Notes: generated by a model from the letters alone, not told the origin. A DNA stretch of 33,399 nucleotides from Neoconidiobolus thromboides FSU 785 (GCA_025603075.1 MU626468.1:1-33399), one strand, 5' to 3'. Numbered from the stretch's first letter, positions 13,343 to 25,330 are shown. A program made the numbers and translations.

Positions 13343-13633
13343 ATTGCCTGCTATAAAATGTTAAGGTGTTGTATTAAATATATTTTTGAAAATATTAAGT
13401 GGTTAAAACTATAGAGCTTAGGAATAGACGGCGATTACATTAATCCACGATCATTCTTCCGTCAACTGCTATTTAGCTACTTCATACTCTTAGTTTCAAA
13501 ATTTTATTAGTATGATTATTAGAAAAATTGTATTGTTTTAATTTCAACATCATAAATAAAAGTTTTGCCCAAAAAAGCTATTTTAAATGAAGTATTTGTT
13601 TAGCAGTGACTTCAACTATTATATTGACAAAAT

Positions 13634-13732
13634 GGGGATATATTTTTGTTTTTAAGAATTTCACTAACAAATTTTCCGCTCAAATAGCGCTTAAAAGATG
13701 GAAAAAATGCTGAAGCTAAAAAAGACATCCCC
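13634..13732 (+). mobile_element. MITE family A (99 bp), AAAT target duplication
   Basis: GGGGATAT...GACATCCCC flanked by the direct repeat AAAT/AAAT. Confidence 0.9.
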
Positions 13733-13934
13733 AAATAAAGTTTAATTGATTTAAGTTTTAGATTCTAAAAATAATTTTTGATGTATACCTGAATGGACAA
13801 TAGTTGTGATAAGCTCAGAAGTTTAAATAAAGTTCTAGCAACTTTTACTATTCCTATATATGTATTGGTAGTTTGGATGCATTTCTAACTTGTCGTAGTT
13901 GTTCACTAGCCAGGATACACATTGTTTTACTTTC

Positions 13935-14030
13935 AAAAAGACATCCCGATGTTTTTTTGTTTAAGATTTTATAGCAGTTTTTCCTCTTGATAGCGCCCAA
14001 AAATGGACAAACGAACTAAACCAAGAAGGC
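13935..14030 (+). mobile_element. MITE family A, degenerate copy
   Basis: GATGTTTTTTTGTTTAAGATTTT...TAGCGCCCAAAAATGGA matches the family core. It is preceded by AAAAAGACATCCC, resembling a fused 3' terminus. Confidence 0.6.
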
Positions 14031-14384
14031 ATTTAGATTACAAATATTGATTTAGTCTAGTTTAGTTTATTGTCAAATAACTTAGATACATTTGGTCTTA
14101 AAGTATTGCTTCTAAGTGAGATATTTATTTTACACTAGTGGCTTGTGTGACAAAAAATCCATCTTGCTTTATTTAAAAATGTCTCAACACTATCTTTTGC
14201 ATCTCACTATAAGTTTCCTTTTGAATGTGACAAAATTAGAAGACAAAGCCATTAACACTTAAAATCTTGCAAAAATTAACTGCAAAGTTTGAAATTAGAC
14301 TTAGCTGCACAATTTGTACTTGAACAATTTCCCATAAACTTTAATCAGTATGGGATTGAAAGCAAATTTATTTTTTAAACTAAA

Positions 14385-14821
14385 ATGAGTACATCCCAAG
14401 CCATCTTAAATAATTTAAAAGTAGGATTAGGAGCCATAAAAATTGACTCTGGTGTAAAAAGAATTGCTTTGACTTATCCAGTTAGAAATGGATACTCACC
14501 TGGAGCAAGGTGACTTATTTATTTTATGTTAAAGAGAATGATTAAACGAAATTTATAGGTTTTTTTATAAAGATTATTTGCCAAGAATAAAATACAACAA
14601 CCCAGAAGTCAAATTTGAAGTTGATAGAAAGAGCGAAAAAGTAGATTCAGTGGTTGAAGTAGAATTTAGTAATATTATCCTTTTATTATATTAGTTGAGT
14701 TATTAATGATGAATCTTAAGATGACGGTAAAGTAAAGAAACTTACTGTAGATAGACTATCTTCCCATGATATTTGTTATAAACTATTGGAATTAACTTTA
14801 CCTAAAGATAAAGCTTTATAA
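14385..14821 (+). CDS. MRP49: Mitochondrial ribosomal protein MRP49/mL61-like (L51/S25/CI-B8 domain), 3 exons, 111 aa
   Basis: Exons 14385-14509, 14559-14668 and 14721-14821 have GT-AG introns of ~50 nt. The product contains ALTYPVRNGYSPGARFFYKDYLPRIKYNNPEVKFEV, resembling the GARxFWxxYLPxLxFxNP motif of fungal Mrp49. Absent from the ORF track. Confidence 0.75.
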
Positions 14822-15249
14822 TTGAACTAGATTAATATTTAAGCTTATTAAAGAATGTATTAACTATTAAATATAGAGAAAAATAGAATTTTGAATTGTA
14901 CTTTTTTTGTAATTTTTAATTGTAGTCTTGTAGGGTTCTAAAATACTAATTAGTTTTAAATAATAACATAAATAAATATAAGCAGTTTATTATGAGTCAT
15001 TTATAGAACAGGAGTTTACAATTTATTAGTATAAATTAACAAAATTAAGAATGTTGTTATTATTGTCAAATAAGTATAAAATTTTATTATAGTTTATCAA
15101 AAAATAAAATTTTATTTAATTTTTAGAGATATAAAAAACAACTTTTACTCTAAATAAAGTGTTAAATAGTCGACCGTCTTTTTTTAAGGATAAGTTATAA
15201 ATTTATAACTTATTTATCATATTAATTGGTAAGCTATTACTAATTTTTT

Positions 15250-16566
15250 TTAAAAATCTCCGTCCATTTTAAATGGTACGTCATCTTCGCCTGCTCCTCT
15301 TGCTGCGCTACCTCCATTATAATTACCTTCTGCGTTTTTGCTTTCGGATGATTGAGAATCACTATCTTCTTTACTACCATTATTTAATATCTTATCATTT
15401 GGTGATGAGCTCATGTCTAATCCAAAAGGTTCACTAAACAAGCTATTGTTTGGTGCTTTAATCTCTTCTTCACCTCTTAAATTATTCCTTACAAATCGAT
15501 TAGAAAACCCTAAACTAGACCCTGAGGGTAATGAAGACCCAAAGTTGGAACTATCAAATTGATTGAAAAATCGAGAAGTAGAAGGAAATCCGAAACTATC
15601 TTGATTGAGCATTTGTCGATTAATACCATTATTTGACATGGCGTTTGCTTTGGTACGACGCATTTGAAGTTCTGTTGGTGTGAGAAGTTCATCTAAAGAA
15701 GAAGGAAGAATATCCTGATCACCACCAAGGTTGAAGTTAAAGTTAGGTGATAAAAATCCGCTTCCATTAACTCGTTCATTGTAACTTGAGGAGTGTGGAC
15801 CATCATATAAAGAGTTATAGTTTGATTCATAGGGCTTTAATAAATTATATTGATCTTCTAAGCCTTGATTGCCGCCAAGTGGAAGAGGAAATTTAGATTG
15901 ATTAGGACTTGGGCTTGCAAATATATTAGAAAGTTGAGAAGTTTTTGGCTGAGGTGTATAAAAGTTCATAGCTGGATTAAAAGATGGGAAACTATTTTCC
16001 AAACTAACTCTAGAAAGTGAATTTGAAAGGAGTTCTTCATTATAATCAAAAATAGCGCGGTGATCATACATTCTAGGTCTGTCTAAAGTATATTGATTAC
16101 CAGGCTTCAATTTAGTATTTGGTGTACGAAGCAAATTATTATTAGTGGTACCGGTTGGTTTCTTCTCATTCCCATGTTGAAGGGCGCACTTACTACCAAA
16201 TTTACAGTTACCTTTGACGTAGTATTTACAAACAGATGTACTAGTTGTTAACTCTTTAGAATGAGAAAATATACAATTCTTTCCAGCAGTGCATGCACCG
16301 TTTTTAAAAAACTTACATGGAACATGTTGAACCGAGCCTAAATAGAATTAAATTCACTTGTTATAAATTAAACTTTAAAACTTACTTTTTGAGCTACTAC
16401 TATTATTTGGGGATTTTAATGGAGAATCCATATTTGAAGTTTTTGAGTTCATACTTGTTGAAATGTTTAATGGAGAAGTCATCGGAGAAAAGTTATTACT
16501 TAAAAAATTTTCAGAGTCAAACTCGGTTGAAGCGTTGATATTTGTAGGGGTTGACGCGGTGTTCAT
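15250..16566 (-). CDS. Tandem CCCH zinc-finger protein, Cps3/Lee1-like, 2 exons, 422 aa
   Basis: Exons 16566-16386 and 16337-15250 join in frame. There are two C-x7-C-x5-C-x3-H fingers (HVPCKFFKNGACTAGKNCIFSH; VCKYYVKGNCKFGSKCALQH), then a Ser/Asn/Phe-rich low-complexity region with LPSSLDELLTP and an acidic DDVPFKMD end. Confidence 0.85.
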
Positions 16567-18553
16567 GGTTAATATTATGAGATGATTAAAGGAGCTTATA
16601 AATTAAATCTTGCAGTTGTTTAATAATTGATATTCTACAAATGTTCTGAATCGCCTATTTTAAATAAGTTTAATTGATTTAAAACTAATTAAAGAATTGA
16701 AATGTTTTGTGCTAAATATTATGTTTTGTTGAAATGGTATTAAATCAAGGAAATGTGAACTTAATGAGGAGAAATTGGATTTTTATTTGTTAAGAACTGT
16801 TTGCTATCCTAGAATGTTAACTAACCCAAAAGGTGAAAATTACAGTTAAACTAAGCATTTCCAATCATGCATTCATTAAATAAAGCGATGTGGTTGGTTA
16901 AATTCATATTATGATTTGAATTGATTTGTTGAAGCAAATTTAAATGCCACTTATTTATTGTATATCTATCTCAACGTCATTTATCAACATTTAAAGTTCT
17001 TATTTAGGGCAATTAACAATGAGCGGTTATTAATTGGCTAAACAATGTTTATTAAAAATAAATGTTTACACAATCTCCAAATAATACATTATAAAGTTAT
17101 TTCCTATAAGCAAATGCTATTATAGGATAATATGGCATATTTAAGAAAATTAGTTTATATTTAAGCTAACAAGGTTAATTCTAAGAGAGTTTTTTTAATA
17201 TTCTCAAAAGAAAAATAAATCTCCAGGAGCCCTATTAGATGAAATATAAAAATCAGTTAAAGGCGAATGGGCCATTTAGCATGGGCTTTCCTGCCCAAAC
17301 TATTATTAAACAATACAAATTAGAAAATGAGATCTGTATAGTCCAGATTGAAGTTGTATGTTGCTTGTTTATAATTTGTATCAAACTTTTTTTTAAAATG
17401 CTCAATATTATAAAAAAAATTGTAACACTTGATTTCATACTAAAAAACTAGCTTCAAATTAACAATGGTGAATAGCATCCAACTACAATCTGTTTGTAAT
17501 CAACTAATCTTCTACTTAATAAAAAATAAAAGTACTGATAGCCTTTTGAATATTCTATTAAAGGAGTTGTCAATTATTCAAGCGCTTTAGTAAGATAAGC
17601 GAGCTGATAGAGAATAAAAGCTCAAATTTTATAGTAAAGTACAATTTAAAATGGCTGCCTAGTCCAATTTTAGCTACCTTGACCTTACAACCATAAAATA
17701 ATAGCTTTTAAAGATCAAACATTTAAGCATACAATAGTTATTTTTTTATACATGCAACATTCCCATAACATTGTGGTTATTTAATGGTTCAAATTAGTCA
17801 AGCTTATAGGTTTTTTCGATGATATTGCATTTAGGTAGCAGTCAAGAAGGGACCTTTTTGCAAATTCTATTTGTTTTAGTAAAGAATCACTTTTTAGCCA
17901 ATAAATGGACATAAGTTGATTAAACCGCTTTAACTAATTAATAAAATTTACCCTAGCTTTAATACTAGCCTTTACTGGATACAAGCTATTTTTCTAAGCT
18001 TTTAAGCTTTTTAATTATTACTTTTCAATTAACTCTTTTTTTAATTAGAAAGAACAAATTTTGGAAAAACTGACAGGGAAAAAAGGTTCTTACTCTTCCG
18101 ACTCCCACCCAAAAAATATTTTATCAGATTGACCAAATTTGAACTGTTAAATATATGGTATCATGAAAAGGGTTTAGAGACGATATTCGGATTGTGTTGA
18201 GGAGAGAGTATAAAATATACTATGTCTTTTATCAAAAGCTATATTAGCTTTGAAAACAAACTTTTATAAAAGAATATGATGTACTAAGGCTATAGCAATA
18301 TATCAACTATGCTAAATTTTTAAGTGCCAAAAACTTTTCACTGTATTTAAATATGATCCTCGTAAACACCTAATAGGTATTTTTAGGGAAATAAAGTAGT
18401 TTATTAAGGCTTTAGTTGTTTAGTAAGTTATTGTTACAGATATTTGAAAATAGCTATTAAATTAATATCATACTATGGTAGCGTTAATTGGTTGATTAAA
18501 TTTTTTAAGTGTTCTAAATAAATTTGATTTACAATAGATAGTGTAAAACATAT

Positions 18554-18652
18554 GGGGATGTATTTTTGTATTTAAGAATTTTACTAACAATTATTCTACT
18601 CAAATAGCACTTAAAAAGTGGAAAAAGTAATGAAGCCAAAAAAAATATCCCT
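18554..18652 (+). mobile_element. MITE family A (99 bp)
   Basis: GGGGATGTATTTTTGTA...AAAATATCCCT flanked by ATAT/ATAT. Confidence 0.9.
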
Positions 18653-19505
18653 ATATTTTCATAATACTACATTATACCTATGGTACTATTATATTATTTT
18701 CTCTATTAGCGTTACAACCCAAAATAATCAATTAGACGCTGTTTAGTTTTGATATGAATAATATTTTAAAATTTTAAATATTTATTTAAATAGTTATTTA
18801 TAATAAAAAATGAATGAATAAAATAGTTTATTTAGGAACAAAGTCATCATTATAGCTAAATACTTAAACAACAGTAGCTGATAAACAAAGAATTAGAAAA
18901 GAATAAATTAAACAAACAGGATAACCTTCGATAGTTTAGTACTCTTTCTCAGCCCACATAAAGTTAAAATTTTTTGATGCTCTTAACTTTAAAAAATACA
19001 AATACCTAATTTCCCCCATAATAGTATTGATAGCCTCATAAGGTTGGTAGCTGAAATAAATCCAATTTAACATAGTTGGATAATCGTAACTGGTACTTTT
19101 TGAGTTATGTTTAATGTGTTCATGATATAAAAATCAAATCTAGCAATAGTGATAAATAAACAAAATCTATATGTTTGTTTAATGTAGCTTCTATTGGATC
19201 TAATACTTTATTTACATGACCTATATTAGCTCTATAGAGCTTCTTTGAGTGATTGTAAGGTCGGATTTATAGGTTTCACAGTGTGCTACTCATAAATAAA
19301 TATACTGATAGGAGCAATATTATTTAATTATTCATATAGTAGTTAAGCTTTTGTTTTTTATAAAACAAAGTAGTGACAGTATAACCAATTAAATCATTTA
19401 CGTTGATTTCTAATTGTAATAACAAACGCCTTCATAATAAACCTTTGAGCTATAGATCAATGTTTGAATAGACTTTAGACATATGTATGGTATTAAACAA
19501 TATAC

Positions 19506-19601
19506 GGGAGTGTTTTTTTGGTTTCATCACTTTTTCCATCTTTTAAGCACTATTTGGACGGAAAAACTGTTAGTAAAATTGTTAAATAAAAATACATCCC
19601 C
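19506..19601 (-). mobile_element. MITE family A
   Basis: GGGAGTGTTTTTTTGGTTTCATC...AAAAATACATCCCC. The flanks (ATAC/TAAT) do not match each other. Confidence 0.85.
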
Positions 19602-20679
19602 TAATCTTTATAACTTGGTTATAACTTTGACTTAACCCTGTGATTAATCTAAATCGAGTAACTGTCCTGAGCAATACGTAGTCTAATGGAAAATCAGAGC
19701 GCTATCTCGATCGTGAACCGCACATATATGTGCTAGCTAACAAAGCCTTGGCTGAAATGTCTTATACAGCCACAGCAGGTGGAATAAAATTTACAGCATT
19801 AATAAAGAAAAGTTGTTGGAGGAGATGCTTTAATGATGGTGACTAAACTTAACATGTTTTTTTGGTAGTTTAAAATAATAAAAATTAATGTATATTTTTA
19901 TTTTAATTAGCAGTTTCACTATTGTAACGCTTTTTATTAACATCTGCCATCGAAATAAAATCCAAGCTCAACCTTTATTTAATATCTTTTTAAAACTCAA
20001 AATTTTTATTTAGAAATCAAAATTTAAATCCTGGAACATATAATCTTACAATTTAGCCAGAAATCAAAATTTGCTTAAAAAGGAATATCATGGAAAATGC
20101 TAACCTGTTACAGAATCTAAAAAAAAACAAAGCTAAAGTTCATTTTATAAAAGAACAAAATAAAAATATATAAATCATAGCTTTCAAAGAGCTTGGTAGT
20201 AAATAATAAAGACTACCAGTCTTCAATAGAAGTCTCTATATAAACATAAGCCCTTTAATGGATTATAATCAAATATCAATAATACTCAATTCAATAAAAC
20301 CATGCCATTGCTGTTAAATACTCATTAAAAGGTTGTACTAGTTTATAAAAAAAATGACAAAGTCAGAGCCTAATATAAGAGCAGTAAAATAACTTCTTTG
20401 ATTCTTCAATGTCATGGGCGAATGAATGTTTTTGACTAATCGGTATAAATTAAAGTGGGGATTTATGCTAATGAAATGAAGATAACTTTAGCAAAGAAGT
20501 GAAATATTACTGAAGGTTGGCTTAAAGAACAAATGGTTAAAGTTAATGTAGCGTAAACTTAAATAATGATAAAAGGTGTTATAAAATAGATTTACTATGT
20601 TGCTGTTTTTTTGTTTTTTAAAGAAAATAATGAAGATCCTTGAAGCTCTTATTTTACAAAAATTAAAATTAAAATATTT

Positions 20680-20771
20680 GGAGGGGAGATTTTGGCTTCA
20701 ACACTTTCTCCATTTTTAAGCGCTATTAAGTGGAAAATATGTTGGTAAATTTCTTAAAAAAGGGACACCCT
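20680..20771 (-). mobile_element. MITE family A, diverged
   Basis: Core TTTTGGCTTCA...TTTTAAGCGCTATTAAGTGGAAAA...GACACCCT, followed by ATAT. Confidence 0.8.
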
Positions 20772-22145
20772 ATATAGTTATCTAACTTGACTTAGAATGA
20801 AGAGTAAGTTAAGATTATTTCTATATGGGTTAATTTAAAAACTCAGTTCAAGTTTTACCAATTTGATTTTCAAAAGTTACAAATTAAGCACTAAGTACTA
20901 TCAAAATATTTGCTTTCTTGCTTAGTTTCCAAATAGCTCATATTGTAACGTTTTTTTAGCTAGTTTTATTTGATAGTTTTTTAAAAATTTATGCTAGATA
21001 TTAAATGGACAAAAAGGTATAGTTGGAAAATTTTACTAATTTTAACTGAACTTGTAAACTTACTCATATTTATTTTTGTATATTTATATATTATTAAGGA
21101 ATAGTATTTTCAGTTAGCAAACATCCCCTATTATTTTAAACTAATAAAAACCGCATGTTTTCAATTATATGTGATGATAGGGAGAATTATTATTATTAGT
21201 TAAGGATTTCCATAGAAGAGAGTAGTTTAGTATACAACAAATTCAAACCACATTCGACTAAGTAAGCGATATGATTAACAGAATCGACAAACATAGTTGT
21301 GGAGGTTATTATAGTATTATGAAATAGGTGGCTATTAAGTGATATAATATGGGATTTTAACTCTAAAATTTTAATAAAAAACATAATTAAGTTTACTCAT
21401 TTAATTCGAGTTCTTATAGTATAAATTGATACATCATATACATATGGCATCAATAACCTCATAAAATTGATAAATATAACGCAAAAATTTCAAAGCTATT
21501 TCCAAAATCCTCTTTTATTTTGGATCAAATTATTAATAATAGTAAACCAATGGATATCATATTTGGCTATTATATTTAGTTTTTATATCTTTGTTTCTTA
21601 ATATTGTTTCAATCATATTTGTTGTTTCAAATAAATTGTTAGGTTTTTAATTTTACAAATGATCATGAACACATGGCTATATATTTATAACCAGTTTAAT
21701 TTAAAGAGAAGGTCCATAGGTAGAATAATGTTGTTTTAAGACTCCTGAGTAATAATTGATTCATTTGTTTTGGAAATAATTAGACATAAAGTCAATGTAT
21801 GCACGATGCTCAATATCAATTTAGCGTAGTATCTTTAATATAAATGCTGAAGCCATCTCTAAAAATACTTCAATCACACTTTTATATTTCTTCAAGTGAT
21901 TTCTCAAAGTATAGCCTTTCATTCATCACAGTATTTTAATCTTTCATTTATTAATTCGATTAAATGCTCTATTAATTGAATTGTTACAAAAAAAACTTTA
22001 AAAAAGATTAATTATCCCTAATCGCCTTCATGTCCTTGATATAGTATGTATAACAGGGATTCTAAACTTAACTGCTTCATTATCTTAATTATGCCCTTTT
22101 AACCTCCTTCTACTAAAAGGTTATACCTAACGATTTTAATTATAG

Positions 22146-22240
22146 AGGGATCTATTTTTTTGTTTAAGAATTTTACTAACAATCTTTCTGCTCAAATAAG
22201 TGCTTAAAAAACGTAAAAGTAATGAAATCAAAACATCTCC
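22146..22240 (+). mobile_element. MITE family A, diverged
   Basis: AGGGATCTATTTTTTTGTTTAAGAATTTTACTAACAA...AAAACATCTCC, followed by ATAT. Confidence 0.85.
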
Positions 22241-23214
22241 ATATAATGAATTATAATTCTTAAATCTATCTTTGTTAAGGTCCAAATTAAATATAAACTT
22301 TATTAATGTTGAACACCCTAAAACTTAATGTATTATTAAGAACTTTTTATAAAACATCGAATAGATCAAAGCTTATGTCTAAGTTGAACTTCGTTCCAGT
22401 TTCATAGCTCTCCATTGTTTGTATTACTCAATAGGTTGGGTGGATCTAGTTGTAATATTAAATTAAAAATTCAAACATTTAATAAATTTGAAAATACCTT
22501 TAGCAAAGTCATTTATAAAAAACCTAATTTATTGTGCATTGATGACTCATACTGGTAATGAATAATATAAAAAATTCAAAACTATCTTAATATCGTAATA
22601 GTTGATTTCATCAATTATTTTAAACTTCCGATAATTGATTAATTTATTAGCTTCAATTTCTGCAAATAAGATTTACCAACAAGAAAGTTTTAAAGCGAAC
22701 TCAAGCAGGATTACTATGAAATTTGGTTATTCTATATTAAAGAATTTATGTACCATTCAGCTTTTTAAAATCTAAGCTTGGGGATTTGGGGGCTAAGTTA
22801 AAGGAATCAAATGATACCTTTATCTATCTAAATTAAGCTTCATATTCAATAAGTTTTACATCGGACTCTAAAAACCATTTTAATTGTGAAAACTATACAG
22901 TACTACATAAAAAAGAACAAACAGTTGAAAGTTATTATGTGGTAATAATGAAGGAAGAAAGAATAAGCCACCAAAGGGGGAACTCCTTAAGAATATGAGT
23001 AATAATATGGTTTTAAATTTAATTTAGATTTTCCACCATACAAATGTAAACTAAATAAAAATAGAAATGCTTAAGGATAAAAAGGAAGTAACATAACTGG
23101 TTAGTTTACGAGCCATGTTTTAAATACTATTTAAAACATGATTTGAACACTATATTAGAAAATAAAAATAACTTTGTTATTCCATTTTATTCTATTTTTA
23201 CATTTTGTATTTAG

Positions 23215-23871
23215 ATGATTAACAGCAGTAGTAGTAATAGCTACCACACTAACAGCTCACGTCTTAGTTTTGGTAGCAAAGAAAATGAAGACGAGAATAG
23301 GAAGATGATCGCATCTGCTATTGCAATGGCAGGGTTAGGAGAACTAGAACGCAAATCTCAGCTCATGGAAGTCTTCCGTCAATTAGGTGGCGAGGATGGG
23401 ATTAGAAATTTGGTAAAAAGAGTATATCAATACAATGTAACAGATTTACGGATCGCTCATTTTTTTGATATTGCTATGGTGGAACGGTTTGAAAGAATGT
23501 TCGTTAGCTTCTTAGTTGGCTTACTTGGTGGTAAACCTTATAACCGTGAGCAAATGATTACTTCTCATAAAAGATTTGGTGGCCTTAAAGATAAGCATTT
23601 TGACGCTTTCATCCATAACTTCACTATTGCTATGATGCATGAGCAAGTAAATCATTCCGCTATAAATATAATGGTTGGGCTTATGGAAACTACAAGAGAA
23701 GACGTAACTGGTAGAACTAAATTAGAAGAGCTTCCTTCCCCTCATGTAGTCATACAGGGAGGGGATGCAACTAAATGTCCCTTCTGTTGTACTAAATTAG
23801 ATAAAAGTAGCAAGTGGAAAAAAAGTAGAAGCTTTTCTAAAAAAGCAAGCGGGGAATGCAGTCTAATGTAA
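23215..23871 (+). CDS. Group I truncated (2/2) hemoglobin with C-terminal polybasic-CaaX tail, 218 aa (5' end may be incomplete)
   Basis: The core VFRQLGGEDGIRNLVKRVY...DLRIAHFF...FLVGLLGG.KPY...MITSH...LKDKHFD aligns by eye to trHbN: Gly-Gly motifs, TyrB10 (Y71), PheCD1 (F84), proximal HisF8 (H118). It ends ...KKASGECSLM*. The ATG directly follows a pyrimidine tract and TTTAG, so an upstream exon is possible. Confidence 0.9.
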   Translation: MINSSSSNSYHTNSSRLSFGSKENEDENRKMIASAIAMAGLGELERKSQLMEVFRQLGGEDGIRNLVKRVYQYNVTDLRIAHFFDIAMVERFERMFVSFLVGLLGGKPYNREQMITSHKRFGGLKDKHFDAFIHNFTIAMMHEQVNHSAINIMVGLMETTREDVTGRTKLEELPSPHVVIQGGDATKCPFCCTKLDKSSKWKKSRSFSKKASGECSLM

Positions 23872-24694
23872 TATATATCGCCTTCTTATTTATCATATTT
23901 AAAGCACAGTATCTTTATTAAAGCTTTTTCATTTACGTTTATCTTTCATAGCTACCTTTTTCTTATATACATAATGTTTATACTTGTACATTATTTTATT
24001 ATACTTTTAAATAGCCTTTTAATATTTTATTTAAGCGACTTATTTTAATACCAGTACAATTTAAGGTACGATAATTTTTAGTTTATGATTTAATTGACCC
24101 ATTGTTATGAAATAAATTTAATATATAAATTACTGTTGTAAATCGCTTTTACCATAAAAATTAATATTATATACCATCCCATTTATTCTTGAATTGATTT
24201 AGTCGTGCGATCCAACTAAACTTGTTATAATAGTAGAGCTATTTTAATATGAAAATGTTGTTTTTTGAATTTTTGTTATAAAATTATAAAGTTGTAATAT
24301 TTATTTATAAACTTTTGTTTTTTATCTATAATAATCTATAAATAAAATAACGCAACTTATTATTTAAAATACGGCAAAAAGGATTTTAAAGATTTTAATA
24401 ACATTATCTATTTTTTAATTTACCTTCAATTTTTATTCTAATAAAAACTAGATGCGCAGTTCATCCAATACTCTTAAAATATTTCTAAAAGAACAAATAA
24501 GCGCAACTTAAAGATTATTTTGGTCAAATAAAATTTAACCGTAAAGATAATCCCCAAAATTTATAATTTTGGTTTTACCTACTGCTAAAAGAACCGAAAG
24601 CCTAGAATTTATTTTTAAATTTTATTTCAAAGTAGCAACTTTTAGGGTCAAATCCAAGTTTTTATAACAGTATAAATTTTAATATTTAAAATAC

Positions 24695-24789
24695 AAGGGT
24701 GTTTTCTTTATTTTATCACTTTTTCTATTTTTAAGCGCTATTTGCATAGAAAGCTATTAGTAAAATTCTTAAACAAAAAATGGACCTTT
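24695..24789 (-). mobile_element. MITE family A, diverged
   Basis: Core TTTTTAAGCGCTATTTG...TTAGTAAAATTCTTAAACAAAAAA. Confidence 0.75.
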
Positions 24790-25330
24790 ATATAATGATT
24801 GTATGATTATACAGAGTCAAAAACTAATCTTTATCCGATTTGAATATTTTAACTTAATTTGAAGTTCATTTATTTATATATGCAATGTAATAGCAAACAG
24901 CTTTTTATACTATATTAAGCTTAATCAATGTGTTAGCTTTGATTAAAAACAATTTTTATTATCACTTAATGTCTAATACCTTAATTGTTTATATAGAAAG
25001 CTAGAGCAATTTGAAAAGAAGTTTCATTAAATGTTATATTAATAACTATGATTAAAAAGCTTATATAAGAGATAAATATATAAAAATAAATTCTTAAGGT
25101 AAAAATACTTGAAGTTTTAAATTTCATTATAACACGTAAATTAGCAGAGTTTCTACCTAATTTAATAGAAACTTCCATATTAGCAAGGCTTTTACTAATA
25201 TAACTTATACAGTAATATTAATCAAAGTTGTAATATTTAAACAAATACCTATTTTCATGAAGTCTTATTAAAAAATATTTACTATTGACTGTTTTATAAC
25301 TAATTTCACAAATTTATTATTAAATAAATA

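Noticed and set aside
16850-22900. Apparent decayed reading frames (around 16850-17500, 20090-20500, 21196-21950, 22350-22880) and ORFs 17239-17451, 17253-17438, 21196-21384
   Set aside because: Where counted, stop density is close to that expected for random AT-rich DNA, and no family motif could be recognised.
22962-22977. Exact 16-nt match (AATAAGCCACCAAAGG) between the globin upstream region and the TUP1 microexon (11275-11290, minus strand)
   Set aside because: A rough estimate for this base composition predicts several chance 16-mer matches in a 33-kb window on both strands, and there is no flanking homology.
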